NCBI GenBank assembly: GCA_964016885.1
Contig: OZ024741.1
Coordinates: 315,518,001 to 315,582,000, forward strand
Direction of reading: 5' to 3'
Origin: Eledone cirrhosa
Lineage: Eukaryota
Length of the DNA stretch: 64,000 nt
Under the pieces are notes generated by a model that was not told where the DNA came from, did no database searches, and saw nothing but the letters and a program-made list of their open reading frames with translations. Of the stretch, positions 48,396 through 61,840 are shown piece after piece (position 1 is the first letter of the stretch; each line of letters starts with the position of its first letter). Both the position numbers and the translations under genes were made by a program.

Positions 48396-48879
48396 GTTTG
48401 AATATGTATAATAAAGCCAAAACAATGCAGGTATGGACATAGAAAAAAGAATGCAATTGCAAAAGATATTGTTGACAATTCGTCTTTTACCTTAGATTTA
48501 ATTTTCGAGATAATATCTCTTCTTCAGAGGGAAATAAAGGTCTCAAACCAGCGTTCTAAATATCTTGCCAAGCCATGCTGACAGGAAATAGTATAGAGTA
48601 TCTGTTCTATCTCTAATGTCAAAGAGTTAAAATTAGGTGGGTAAAGAGTAGTCTCCCTTTAAAAGGGGTTTGTTTAGGGGTTTTTTTTTAATATACATGC
48701 CTGTTTAAGTGTGTGGGAGAATGCATGAAGGTGTAAGTATGTGAGTGTGTGTGTGTGAGTGTGAGAAGATAAGTCTATTCGTAAATGTGGGGGATAGGTG
48801 TTATCTGGTGTTAGAACTGGTTTTGTGTGTGTATGTGTGAGAGAGAATAAGTGGAGGTGTAAGCGTGTGTGTGTGGGGG

Positions 48880-49595
48880 GGGTGTAAATATGGGGCTAGA
48901 AGCCCTATCAGGTTATAAATTGGGTGTTGAGTTCTAGTCTATTATTGATGGGTGGTTGTGTTTTATCTATAATTAGTGCTTCCTTAATTCTAAGATTGCC
49001 GAGGTTTCTTTCCTTAGTTTCTATCCTAACTGTTATGGTTTTGTCGGTGTTTTTGCATTTAACTAGGTGTTTCTTAAATAAGGAAGCGTTAGTATTGGGG
49101 TGTTCTTTTATTCTTATGTGGAGTGGTCTGGTGGTGCTACCTACGTAGAAGTAGTTGCATTTGTCACACTCTAGTCTGTATACGACGTAAGCCTGGTGGC
49201 ATAGGTCTGTGTCGTTGATGGGGCAGTTGGCTAGTCTGCAGCAGTTGTCATGTCTGGTGGAGTGTCTTTTGGTTAGCTGTCCGCGTAGAGAAGGACCTGA
49301 GTGGGCCAGTTGGATATCTAGTCCCTCTCGTCTGATGGCTCTGCGGATGGCTGTTGTTGTTTCTTCACTGAAGTGTGGGAGCTTCAGGAAGCAAGTGTTA
49401 GTGCCTCGGGTGTGGTGTCCTCTGTTCTTTCTGGCACGGTTTTTGGTGGATGTCGTGTATCCGTTCAGTTTGAGTACTTCCAGGAAATGTGTGGTGTGTG
49501 TGTCTCGGTCTCTAGCGTCGGTGCATTTGTTCCGGATACGTGCCAGTTCATTCCTTATGTATCCGAACTTGGCACCGAGTGGCAGGGCCGATCTG

Positions 49596-49597
<2 letters not shown>
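48880..49597 (-). pseudogene. Penelope/Poseidon-like PLE C-terminal (thumb plus GIY-YIG) fragment
   Basis: Minus strand ..LKLNGY.., C....CPI....CHQAYVVYRLECDKCNYFYVGSTTRPLHIRIKEH, NLRIKEALII....P.IN. Confidence 0.85.
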
Positions 49598-49644
<47 letters not shown>

Positions 49645-49647
<3 letters not shown>

Positions 49648-52643
49648 TTAAGGATACTATTTATGGTTATGTATACAATAAAACCTTTTATGGTTATATA
49701 TATTTTAAACCCTAAATAGTGAAAGACAGTAATTCATTACTATCTTATTACCAGTAAGATAAATAGCTCAATGTAATAACATCAGTTGTTTTACAGAGCA
49801 GTTATATAGAGATTACATTAATCAAAGTTCAGTTTAAATCATTTATTTGCTTACAATTGTTTCCTCCAAACCGAGGTTTGGTTTCTTCGGAGCAACTATT
49901 TAGTGATTTATAACATACTTGACCTCCTTTTCAACACAAGAGACATATAAAAACATATGTATATATTGACCCACAGTGGGTTGACATCCATCATAATGAT
50001 ATAGCATGGCAATTTACATATAAGGGTTAAAGGACAAAATTAAAGTTAAAATTAAAATTAAAATAAAAATAAAACATTGGCAGTTTATGAAGATAAAGCA
50101 AGAGGAAAGTTTAGAGTAGTCAGTGTATGAAACAGTCTCACGTGTGGCATGCACGCGTGACTTATTTATAGTGCGGCAGATTGTTACATGTAAAAACAAG
50201 CAGTTAAAGCAGGCAATCAATAGCATCATGGGGGCCGTATTGTTAAAGCATTTTTTCACATACACCTGTACGATATATAATCCCGTTTGTAGAGAAACAC
50301 CAAAAATATCCAAAAATATCAAAAATATTATAAAAGAGAAGCAAAACAGCACCACTGTCCTCGCACCTACCACCACTCACAGAATCCAGAAAACGCAATA
50401 TATAGACTACATGTCTATCACACAATCCATGAACATTCAGCATTGGGTGTCTGGAGAACCATATTATAAATCATATATTGTCGTTTCTTAATTTGATTCA
50501 TAGATCAGGTTGTTTTTGTTGTGAGAGATGACATTGTATTATATTCCGGAAGTGTGTGTGTGACTAAGGGGAGTTAATGCGTAAGGGGAGGTAACTAGCT
50601 GATTTTCATAGTTAAATTTATTATCCTAAAGTACATTAATGGTGTTTCAAATGAGTCCCTATCATATAAGGTTATAAACAATTTCTAAATTTAAGTATCT
50701 TATCTATAAATTACAGTGTAGTCTATTAAGAAGTACTAAAGGTGTTCATATCAGGATGATTACCTTCTATCATGGAGTGCCACAACTGAACAATCTACAA
50801 GAAGAGTCAGACCTCCAAATCAATGATCTTTGTAAGTGTAGTCCACCCGCAGACTCTGGCAGGGTCTTATTACTATATATGACTCCCGGTAAGCTCTGGG
50901 TCATTGTGTGTCTGAATGCATGGCAAATTTAAATATCATCAGGGTGGTCCGGAGATTAATTCTCTCATACAAAGACACTAATCTGGCCATCAAGCAATAC
51001 ATAAACTCCTAACTCATATATCACCTGTACATAATTCATTGTACTCAGTATATAGAATATATAGCCCTTACAATAAATTAATTACTTAATCTTCTATCTA
51101 TCCTATGGTGGCACTCCATGCACAGGACAATGTTAGCACAACCAATTCAGTGCTTACAGTTTACATTAATCATATATTAGTGCAATGTAGTCCAAGTAAT
51201 TCAAGGCCAATATATCAAAAGTAGAAGTACATGGGGATATCTCCAGGGTAAAAGGTACTATTAGGGTGTCACTATTTGCGTTAAAGTGTATTAATGAGTG
51301 TGGAGATGAGGTGTAAGGTGTGTCACTGATGCTAGTTGCTAGAGGTGGTGACGGGTTCAAGTCTGACATTGTTATATATTGGGTTTAAAGTTTTGGAAAG
51401 AGTGTCGGAAGCGGTGTTGGCAAGATACGGACACTTCTGATTTTTTATTAAGGAGATTATGGTTAGAGAAGATGATAGTATGGGTCTCTAGTAGACAGAG
51501 GTTACACAATTTATTAGGTGGTTTGTACGATGTCGCATTACCTATCACTTCCCATTTAAGTGTATACGGTTTATTTTTAGTTTTTAGATAGTGTATGTAG
51601 CTAGATAGTGAGGTGGAGTTGGCTAGACTGTGTTTTTTGAAAGAGTGGAGGTGCGAATTGTATCTAGTTTTGAAGCAGTTAGAAGTAGAGCCTATATTGG
51701 TTTCAGAAGAGCTGTTAGTTGTGACTGTGCATGAGTATATGATATGCTTGATTAAGCATTTTTTATCTAAAGGGCAGGTTCTATTTGATCTACAGTTACA
51801 ATTATTCTGGGTGTTAGTATGCCGGTTATTATGTTGTGTAGAAGTCTGGATGTTAGTTATAGGGTTATGGTTATGTGGGTTGTCGTTCCCAGCGTTATTG
51901 TTTACACTAGTGCTATTACTATTATTTCTATTGATATTAGGGTTAGTTGCTATAATATTATTTTGAAGGTTAATCGTCTGTTGTGATTTAGTTTGTTGGA
52001 AGTAAGAATAAATTTTTCTTTTATTGCTACTAGCTATGTGGTATGCTATGTTAGGCGTAGTAGAGTATGACATTTTAATAGTGTTTTTGTTTAAAAGGCT
52101 ATGGTACTTGTGGCCGGATGGGAAGTTGTTATCTAGTAGTGAGAAGAAAGCCCTAGGTAGGTTGGTAGAGACGTTTAGGTTGAAAGGAGGGTTGAAAAAT
52201 GTATTATTCCTTCTTCTATTTTTGTTTGTTATGTCTGGTGATTTGTTTCCTTTTATGGTACTATGGTAATTTCTGTGGTGTGGGTTACTTTTGTTGGTAT
52301 CATCCCTATTAGTGTGTGTGTGTGGTTGCTATTCCTATTACTAAATTTTCTCATGGACATGTGCGAAATAATGTTGTAGCTATGTGTTTTAGTAGGTAGG
52401 AACTCGATCTCTATATTATGGCCTGATCTAGCTAATGCCTGATTATAATATTGCGAGTTTTATATGTAAATTGCCTTGCTATATCATTATGATGGATGTC
52501 AACCCACTGTGGGTCAATATATACATATGTTTTTATATGTCTCTTGTGTTGAAAAGGAGGTCAAGTATGTTATAAATCACTCGGTTTGGAGGAAACAATT
52601 GTAAGCAAATAAATGATTTAAACTGAACTTTGATTAATGTAAC

Positions 52644-52645
<2 letters not shown>
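49645..52645 (-). mobile_element. Hydra-like PLE, 5'-truncated, with a long 3' UTR and an inverted 5' pLTR
   Basis: FFNPPF, ORF 51372..52073 (CNCRSNRTCPL..IIYSC..IGST..FKTRYNSH, CNLCLLE, CQH). Inverted repeat about 49812-50006 / 52478-52642. Confidence 0.9.
49847..49895 (-). ncRNA. Minimal type I hammerhead-like motif (core CCGAAGA)
   Basis: TTGCT-CCGAAGA-aaCCAAACctcgGTTTGGag-GAA-ACAATTGT-A-AGCAA. Confidence 0.6.
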
Positions 52646-52677
<32 letters not shown>

Positions 52678-52678
<1 letters not shown>

Positions 52679-53110
52679 AGTAGTAACACAACGGCTAGTT
52701 CACCATACCGAGAACAATTGTTTCACCTTATGCGGATCTTCAGATTGGACTGGGGATATTACTCTGACTATGGATATTACCTTCCAGTGTACTACCTCTA
52801 TACACGTCTCCAGCACCGGTCAGCAGATTCTTTTCATCACGTGGAAGTTTGGCTTTTAGCAGATTCTTCACCACGTGGGAGTTTGGCTTTCTACCCTGTG
52901 AGAATTCTCTATATCCTCGTGTCCTACATAACTTTGTGCTCACAAACGTCAGAATGGATTTAAGACCAGTCCGAGCTGGAGATCTGCATAAGGTGACACA
53001 ATTGTTCTCGGTATGGTGAACTAACTGTTGTGTTACTACTTCTACCAAACTCCTCACATGGACTGAATGCTCTACCACTACGGATATTACCTTCCAGTGT
53101 TCTACTTCTA
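52678..53110 (+). mobile_element. Retrozyme-like element, 310-nt permuted unit, with an inverted partial copy
   Basis: ggatattaccttccagtgt at 52772 and 53082. Inverted repeat 52678-52752 / about 52967-53042. HHRs at 52971-53011(+) and 52708-52748(-). Confidence 0.78.
52971..53011 (+). ncRNA. Minimal type I hammerhead; the consensus of the two copies is canonical
   Basis: Plus copy CCGAG-CTGGAGA-..-GACA-CAATTG-TT-CTCGG has an intact stem I and a mutated core. The minus copy has intact CTGAAGA/GAAA but a mutated stem I. Confidence 0.65.
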
Positions 53111-53125
53111 TCCCTCTCCCTCTCG

Positions 53126-53161
<36 letters not shown>

Positions 53162-53164
53162 TTA

Positions 53165-55413
53165 TTTATTAAAATAACAGATTAAAGTTTAAGCAAAGAA
53201 TCGCTGCTTTCACCCTTAACGGGATCTTCTGAAACTAACAAAGTCAATCTGTAAACGCAGAAGTGGATATTTCAAAAAACGTTGCAACCGGGGGAAGACG
53301 ATACTTTGGTTCGTGAAAACGTTCCCTGGCAAAGAACGGAGAAAAACGAATATAATACGTCATTAATAGGAGCGGTGAAAAACAATTTCAAAGACAGGAC
53401 CACGTTTATGGTATAAAAGAAGTCGTAGACTAATGTTCTCTTAGGTGGTTCGTAGAGACGTTCCCTGGCAATGAACGGAAAAAACGAAGATAATACGTCA
53501 TATGTGTGAGCGTGGAGAACAATTGCACGCAAAGACAAAACCACGTATAGCTGAAGTCGTAGACTAAAATTCTAACTAGGAAACCGAATGATTCTCCGCT
53601 TCAGAGTTAAGAATAAAGTAAATAAAATACAATACAGAGGTAATTGAAATGAAATAAATAGATACCCGCGTCCAAATACGTACATACACAAGCATACGCG
53701 AAAACACTCGCCATAGGTATACAAAACTACGCACATATAAATATGTGTGTGTGTGTGTGTGCGTGTTTACAAATAAATTAATAATTAAATAAACGTATAT
53801 AAATAAATAAATACGTATATAACAAGCGCAGACACATACCTACATGTAAATACACAAAAATTTTGAAGCTGTGATGTTATGTGCAAGGTTAGGAATCGTA
53901 GAGTAAGACATTTTAATAGTATTTCTATTAAAAATTTTACTATGTTTATGTGTAGGAGGAAAATGCTTCGTAATAAGGGATAGAAAGATCTTAGCTAATG
54001 GTGTGGCCACCTCCATATTATATGGTGGTTTATACCATATAATGCGACGCGATCTATTTCTTCTAGGTCTATTCTCGTACTCTGTATATGATACCTTATC
54101 GACAAATCCACTCCGAGCAAGAGCTTCATTGTAATAAGTGGAATTGTCGTTGAAAATATGCTCGTTAGTAGATAGACGGGAAAGCCTCAACGAAACGTTT
54201 CTTACCAGGTTCTTGGTTATGCTGGCAGGATGGTTGGAATGCTTACTTATGTAATTAAGCGTATCATTCGGCTTTCTATACGGGTAATACAAGCCATTCG
54301 ATAAATTGAGGGTAACGCCGAGGTAATTAACGACCGAGAGGTTGGCCTCAACCTGTATAGAGAGGTTCAAGCCTTTAAAGAAGGCTGTGAGTTCTTTTCT
54401 GAACCTGTCGCAAGCACGAGGGCCGCACTTAGTCATGGTCAAAAGACCATCATCACGGTACAAACCGCCGCCCGCGCTGGGGAATTCGTCCTTGATAGAG
54501 AAAAGAAGGAAAAGGCCGATAAGATCAATAACCTCCGCAGAATCACTGGCGCCCATATTCACGTCGAATGGGGTAGTATTGGATTTTTTAATCCAAATAG
54601 AGTCGTCGAAATTAATCACCGACTTTCGGGCATTGAGGATGACATCAACTTCGAATCCTTAACCACTGTGAGTGTTTTAGCGAAATTGATAGCTCTAAGA
54701 AGTGGTAAAGTGATGGAGGAGTAGTAATTATTGATGTCGGATTGGATAAAACGGCAATGTTCCTTGTTGCATATGCCGTTGAACCAATCAATCACCGCGA
54801 AGGAATTGTTCCACAGTGCAAGACGGGCCAAACTTCTAATTTCAGTTATAATTCTATCAAGAATCCTATTACTAAGTCTACCTAAATCGGTCTTCGTAGG
54901 GTTAATAAGCCGAATAGAGGGGTTGTTCGGAAAATTGGATTTGTGATCCTTCAGGGTAAAGTGGGGAGAAATAGGGTCCAGAGGTTCGGTCCGGTCCAGG
55001 ATGTTAAGATCAGAGGTGATTTTAAACCCAGAATCGTTGATTTCATTGATGACGCACCGATTAGTTTTACGGTAATCCTTAGTTACAGCATGTCTTTGCG
55101 TGTAATTGTTTTTCACCGCTCCTATTAATGACGTACTATATTCGTTTTTTCCCATTCTTTGCCAGGGAACGTTTCCACAAACCAAAGTATCGTCTTCCTG
55201 TCTTCCTCCGGTTGCAACGTTTTTTGAAATATCCACTTCTGCGTTTACAGATTGACTTTGTTAGTTTCAGAAGATCCCGTTAAGGGTGAAAGCAGCAATT
55301 CTTTGCTTAAACTTTAATCTGTTATTTTAATAAATATTTGCTCTACGGTCCTTATATATTTGATATATCCTTATCGAGCCTTCTTTGGATTTTAGTCTTC
55401 AAATTTATTATTA

Positions 55414-55415
<2 letters not shown>
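53165..55415 (-). mobile_element. Hydra-like PLE, RT-containing, endonuclease missing, with inverted pLTRs
   Basis: HFTLKDHK.NF..RLINPTK, FIQSDINNYYSSI, FDVNMGASDSAEV, GLYRDDGL, YRKPND, WYKPPY. Inverted repeat 53165-53385 / about 55105-55335. Confidence 0.92.
55263..55313 (+). ncRNA. Type I hammerhead-like motif with CAGAAGA core (copies at 53186-53236(-) and 33942-33992(-))
   Basis: AGTTT-CAGAAGA-tCCCgttaaGGGt-GAA-AGCA...TGCT-T-AAACT. Confidence 0.62.
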
Positions 55416-55456
<41 letters not shown>

Positions 55457-55599
55457 TTTTAAAAATTGTGCTCTGTATCCTTTCCTACGGGATTAATATA
55501 TCGAGCTTCTCGCATTTGGTAAGAAACTTGTATTATACCGAATTTATTCATTTCCTATATATATATATCTATGAGTATGTGTTCATTTAATATGGCTAT

Positions 55600-58500
55600 T
55601 GGTGAGCTTTGTTCCTCTGGGACACCGCGACCGCACTTCTTCCGACGCCTGGAGAATTTCCTGGGAACGTCTCGTTCCTTGCTTTTAGTGGGGGACTGGA
55701 ATGGTATCCTGGATGCACGTTGGGACTATGTAGGGGCATGTCCCGATAGAGGGGGGTGTAACAGCCTCAAACGATTAATCGGCCGATTTGATCTGGCCGA
55801 TAGATATCGACTAGATTTTCCGACTGTGCCACGGTGGACGTGGAGTAATCGCAGCGGAACATCTAGGTGGTACCTAGATAGGTTCCTAGTTAGAAATAAG
55901 GATAGGGACATAATAAGATGTCCACGAATGTTCATGGTTGACTATTCGGATCACAAGTTGGTGACCGGAGTGGTCAACCTTGATAGAACTCATAGACAGG
56001 GACCCGGTTACTGGAAGCTAAACTTGTCTTTACCGACAAACTTACAGTAAGGGGATTAGCACACTAGTTAAGCAGCGTTTGACAGGGGCAATTGTCAACA
56101 ACAGGTGGTGGGGCTCTCTCAAGAGAGAAATTAGAATAGAATCGATAGGTTTTAGTCGGGAATTAGCATCAGATAGGAATAGAACTGAAAGGGAATTAAC
56201 AAATAGAGTAGAAGAGGCGATTAGGAGTGGCAACGTGGCCGGCGTGCTGGCGTCAAGAACGGCCCTAGACCAGTTCTTTGATGCGAAGCACGAGGGCTGC
56301 GTTGTCAGGAGTAAAATACGTGCTCTGGGTAACGAGGGAGCCAAAGCTGTTAGCTGGGCCCGAGTGACAGAGGCAAAAAGTGGAAACAAGTCCACGATTC
56401 GGTCTTTGAAGGACCAGGATGGACGCGTGATCCTTGAACCTGAGCGGATGACGCGGCCTTTCAACGGCGCTTTGCACGACTGTTCGGGAGGGGCGGCGGG
56501 CCGGGTGGGGCCATGGATTTCGGTCCATACCTCGACGGTCTGGCGCGGCTCTCGGACGGGGAGGCGAAGTCCTGCGAGAGGCCGATTTCAGCCGCTGAAA
56601 TAGAGGAAGCGCTGAGCCAATGCGGCAAACGCAAATCTCCGGGTCTCGATGGTCTACCATACGAACTTTATGTAGCGATGCCGGGCTTGTTCTCCGGTCT
56701 CCTCGAGGCGGTCTACTGCAACTGGCAACAGAACGGGAGAATTCCCAGTTCTGTGACCAAGGGCGTAGTCACGCTGGTGAGGAAGGACGAGAACAAGGGG
56801 GATGACATAGATAAATTCAGGCCCATAACCCTGCTAAACACAGAGTTAAAGATTTTGGCCAAGGTGTTAGCGAAGAGGTTGGCGCTTGTCGTCGGGAACC
56901 TGGTGGGAGAAGCGCAGACATGCGCAATCCCGTCCAGGTCCATATACGACAACCTCCACCTCATGCGATACATCGTAGAGAGGGTAGAGAGCGAACCCGG
57001 CTTTGGTGGGACCCTGATCAACTTGGATCAATCTAAAGCGTTCGATAGGGTTGACCATCGGTACCTGGATGCGGTGCTCGCGGCTGCAGGCTTCGGACCC
57101 GTTTTCAGGGGCTGGATTGCTGCAATGCACAGCAGCAACACCTGCTCGAGGGTCAAGGTGAACGGCTACCTCTCGGAGCCGTTCCAAATCACGCAATCCA
57201 TTCGACAGGGATGCCCTCTCTCCTCCCTCCCGTATGTGCTGGCTCTCGAGCCACTACTGCGGAAGCTGGAGCTGTTGCAGGGCATCCCCTTGGAACCGGG
57301 ATTGCGGAAAGCGGTGTCGGCCTACGCCGATGACATGACAGTAATGGTGTCGTGCGCCTCGGAAATCGGGCAGATCGGCACCTTACTGGAGGAATATGGA
57401 AGGTTCACAGGAGCCAAGCTGAACCGGGACAAGTCCGTCGGTTTGCAACTCGGGACGTGGAGGGGCAAAACGATGCCCTCCGACGGCATCGTCGGACGCT
57501 GGACGGAGGGACCGGTGAAGCTACTCGGGCTCTGGTTCGGACCGGACCTCCAGGTGGAGAAAAACTGGGACGAGGTAACGGGCAAGGTGTTTGCACTCGC
57601 TCAGTAGTGGGCCGAGTGCAAACTATCCCTGAAAGGTCGAGCGGAGGTGGCGAACGCTTATATAGCGCCCGTCATCTACTACCGCTTGACCGTCGTGCCT
57701 TGCCCAGAGAAAACACTCGCCAAAATGGAGCGCGTGCTCTCCCGATTTCTTTGGAAGAAGCGGGCTCCTTTGGTGAGAAGATCCATCTGCTGTCAAAACC
57801 CTTCGAACGGAGGGATGGGGACGCCGTGGCTGATGATGCGTAGACACGCATTAAGGCTACGGCACCTCCAGGTATTCCTCACCGGTCAGCCGGTGTGGGC
57901 CATGTTTGTGAGGCGAGCCTTTCTGAGACTCGTCTCACTCACCGAGCTGCAATCCTGTGTCAAGCAAAGACCGAGAAAAGTGGGCCACTGGCACATTGAA
58001 TGTGCCCAGGCGCTCACGGCCGTCTGGCAAGCGGATCCGGCAATCAGTGGAGACTCAACCTCAACATTCTATAGAGGGTTGGTGCGCAGTAAGTGCGACG
58101 ACGCTCTCGGAGAGGCTCTGGGCATTGAGGAAGACGAGCTGGCCAGTCTGTTCGGTAGGACGTTTGGCCCGGGACCGATGGACAACTTCCAAATGTCCCT
58201 GGCTTGGCAATGTTACCGAGGAGCTCTACCCGTTCGGGACAAGCTCTACAGACACGGGCGCCCGGGTAGGGACCCCTCGAAGAAGATCTGTCCAAGATAC
58301 GTGCGTGACGAGGAAACCGTCGCACACGCATTCGTACACTGCCCGGGCGTTGCTGACCTGTGGGGCTATGTAGAACGACTACTGTCGCGGGTGGGACCAA
58401 TCCGGTTGACCACCGAGAACATTGTCACAATCAAACCGCCTCCCCGTTTTAAAAACGAAGGAGAAGCGGTTTTCCTCTGTGTGATAGCCATGGCGAAAGA

Positions 58501-58945
58501 AGTTGTATGGTGGACAAGGTTGAAAGGGCTGAGGTCAGACACCTTTCTCTCCGGCCAACAACTGGTCCTTTTTTTCAAGTACCACTTTAGAAGAAGGATC
58601 AGAATGGAGAGAGAGGTGCTCTACCCCAGCAAGTTTTATGAAAGATGGGTGAAAGTAGCGAGAATGGCCCGAGTGAATGGGCCTTCTCTCTATATCAGCC
58701 TGTAGGTGAGAGAGGAGAAGAATGAGAAGAGGAAGGAAGCACCCGCTCTTTGTGCTCCTGAAGAGGAGGGTTGCACATTTTTTGGGGGGTGTGTGCGACC
58801 CATGTCAACGCCCCTCCCTATTGAGGACATCGATTGTTAAATTTAATTTGTTATATGTTTTTTTACACGTCTTTTTAAATGTATGTAAACTCCCCCCTTT
58901 GTATTTGTCCCAATCTTTGATGCCCTGGTGGCAAATAAATAGAAA
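55600..58945 (+). mobile_element. 5'-truncated Tx1/L1-clade LINE; ORF2 (APE, RT, CCHC-like) broken by about 2 frameshifts and 1 stop
   Basis: APE: VGDWNG.LD, WTW, LDRFLV, SDHKLV, GPGYWKLN. RT: KSPGLDGL, FRPITLLN, LDQSKAFDRVDH, RQGCPLS, AYADD. C-terminal CP...ETVAHAFVHC. 3' aaataaatagaaa. Markedly GC-rich. Confidence 0.95.
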
Positions 58946-58950
58946 TATAT

Positions 58951-59120
58951 ATCTACTACCACCAAACTCTCCTCCTCTCTATATCTACTGCCACCAAACT
59001 CTCCTCCCCTCTATATCTACTGCCACCAAACTCTCCTCCTCTCTATATCTACTGCCACCAAACTCTCCTCCTCTCTATATCTACTACCACCAAACTCTCC
59101 TCCTCTCTATATCTACAACC
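58951..59120. repeat. 32-bp minisatellite (about 5 copies), decaying to about 59585
   Basis: Unit atctactRccaccaaactctcctcctctctat. Confidence 0.9.
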
Positions 59121-59591
59121 ACCATATTCGCCCCCTCTCTATATCTAATCTACAGCAGTCTCTCTATACCAATCAATGCTACATTTTCTCTTTCTCTATA
59201 TCTATCACATGGCACTCACTTCCAACCCCCCTCCCTATATTAATTACCACTACACTCTCCAACTCTCTATACCTACCATACAAAACACGCTCTGAATCCC
59301 TCTCTCTATATACACTACCAACAAACTCTCCCCTCTCTATATATCTACCATACAACACACACTCTCTATATCAATTACCACTATACTCTCCCTCTCTATA
59401 TATCTACTACACGGTACTCTCTTCCAAACCCCCTCTCTATATCAATTAAAACTAAAGTCTCCCCCTCTTTATATCTACCGCGACACTGTGTCTTTAATCC
59501 CCCCTCTCTATACCAATCACCACTACACTGTCCCCCTCTCTATATCTACCATACGACAATCTCTCCCAATCCCCCCTCTCTCAATCAATTA

Positions 59592-59936
59592 CTCTCAGGT
59601 CTTGAATAATCATCGTCCCCCTTCCCACTTATTAAATTTTTCAAATTTTTCCACCCACCCCACTTTATTCACCCCGCTTATAAAATGTTACTAATCTATC
59701 TCCAGCGAAATGTTATTGTAAGTGATTCATATTGACACAGCAGCTGGAAAGTCTAATAATTATTTTATTTTACATTAACAAAACATTTATGACAAAAAAA
59801 AAGAGCACTACAAGTAATCCCATATTTACGAATGTAAACTATACAAATTACCCCCCCCCCCGCTTATAAGAATCGATGCAAATGTCCCCCCGCTTATTAT
59901 TCTAACTCCTTTCTCCTATTATTTGGGACCCGAGAG
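59592..59936. mobile_element. MITE with TA flanks (Tc1/mariner-type)
   Basis: TA-CTCTCAGGTCTTGAATAAT ... ATTATTTGGGACCCGAGAG-TA imperfect TIRs. Confidence 0.65.
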
Positions 59937-59977
59937 TATATATATATATATATATATATATTTGTGTGTGTGTGTGT

Positions 59978-60557
59978 GTAAGTCCAAAGAATCATTAGAT
60001 AAAATATATACAGTATTTCGTCTCCCAATCAGTATAAATTAACAACACAAAAAATCATTTAAACGAGGCTATACGATTAAAATGTACTTATGAAGAAATA
60101 ATAGACAAATGATACAGATTCTTTTCCGCGGTGTACAACCATATGACATTTACCTAGTATTTCTCATAGCCTGTAGAAATTGACTACACAAATAGTTAAC
60201 TACACGGAATTAGATACAAAATTGAAGTTAGAAGAAAAAATGCACATAAATATTACCAAAATTCTCATCGCCTCTACCAACCAGTGGTTTCGTTCCACTT
60301 TTGGGATGTATCCGGTCTTGGATAAATCCACAAAGCTCGGAACTCATCAAGAGATACCCAGACTGGACTAAGATTCTTCTACCATGATGCCTGCCAGAAA
60401 TGAATTCAAAATGGCTAAGAAACATCACATGGCCAGTGGTCAAGGCAGAAAGATTGTTATTGGTCCCTGTCGGCGAGTAGGCTGGTTGCTAGAAAGCGCA
60501 GCCGAATACTGCCTAAAGTTTTACTCAAACTTACGGGAGTATATATTAAATTCAAAG

Positions 60558-60596
<39 letters not shown>

Positions 60597-60868
60597 CAAA
60601 GTCACAGATATATATATGCGTGTGGCAACCATTCATGGTGTGGCTCAATGAAGAATTAATTAGATAATTATAAATCAGAGCAATTTACAAAAATGTAAGT
60701 CCAAAGAATAATTAGATAAAAATATATACAGTATTTTCTCTCCCAATAACTTGGTCTGATTAATAATTATCTAATTAATTCTTCATTGAATGACAACGTG
60801 AATGGTTGCCAAACGCATATATGTATCTGTGACTTTGTCTAATATATATATATATACCCTTTGAATTT

Positions 60869-60870
<2 letters not shown>
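59978..60870 (-). mobile_element. Retrozyme-like element, about 717-nt permuted unit, with an inverted partial copy
   Basis: gtaagtccaaagaat..attagataaaa..tatatacagtattt..ctcccaat at 59978 and 60695. Inverted repeat about 60549-60680 / 60752-60868. HHR at 60271-60354. Confidence 0.72.
60271..60354 (-). ncRNA. Type I hammerhead ribozyme (core TTGATGA)
   Basis: TCTC-TTGATGA-GTTCC...GGAAC-GAA-ACCA ctggt TGGT-A-GAGG; GUA triplet. Confidence 0.7.
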
Positions 60871-60920
<50 letters not shown>

Positions 60921-60924
<4 letters not shown>

Positions 60925-61377
60925 GGCGGTGAAAGCATTTCTGAATTGAGGGACCAAATTAAGTCAATTGAGTTGTAGCAATTAGTTTAGCTCTTTGCAC
61001 TCTAAAATGGTAAGAACTTTCAGTTCTATCAGATCATATTACATTTACAGCTTTCAATAATTATAAACTGATTATAGCAAAATGACCTATGAAATCTGTC
61101 TCTGAATACACATACTAGCAATTGGCAAATAGTGGTATGTGGAGAAAATAGTGACATGACATGAAAACAAAATTCTATAAATGTTAACATAATATATTAT
61201 CAAATATCGATCAAGTTATAAAAAAACTTCGATATGCGAAAAACATAACATGGTCATAAATTATATCGCATATATAAATAGTTCTGTTTTGGGGGTAGAT
61301 TTTGGAAAAACATAGTTAACGGATGGGGGACATGCTCCCCTAGAAGCCCCAACTCCAACCCAGTTCCACCACCCTTG
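60921..61377. mobile_element. MITE, longer version of 48013-48239
   Basis: cagaggcggtgaaa / ttccaccacccttg ends; shared internal attagtttagctctttgcac and aaaacttcgata..aaacataacatg. Confidence 0.7.
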
Positions 61378-61720
61378 GTATAGTTTTGTTTTAATCTGAC
61401 AAATATAGTTTTCTATATTACATACTAGTTCTCACTTTTAAAATACACTTATTCAAAGTATAATTCCTCTTGCAGCAGCCAGGTACCAAGATTGTGCTGA
61501 CATGTGTAGGTGATAGAGTAAACATGATACATTGTAATTAGGATACATACTAAATTGTAATGAAGTATTTGCTTGTACTTACAACAGGAAAAGGCGAGAT
61601 AATAAAAAGCGAGGAAAGCGCTCTAGAGCATATTCAAGACCAACTTAAGATATTTCTTAAGATACGGGTGAGCTAATTGCTTTACTAACTCTCCAATGTC
61701 TATACTTATCTTGGTAAAAC

Positions 61721-61840
61721 TATAATTGTGTCTACGTTTGGCACAATGCCAGCAATTATCCAGTGCATTACTGGTACTTTATTTAATCGACCCCGTAAGG
61801 ATGAAAGGTAAAGTTAACCTCGGCGGGATTTGAACTCAGA
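61721..61840 (-). mobile_element. SINE, 3' part
   Basis: Reverse complement of the B-box/core region. Confidence 0.82.

Noticed and set aside
55105-55236. N-terminus (MDISKNVATGG...) of ORF 54616..55236 as the true PLE start
   Set aside because: It is read through the inverted pLTR copy (matches 53260-53385); the RT is 5'-truncated at about 55100.
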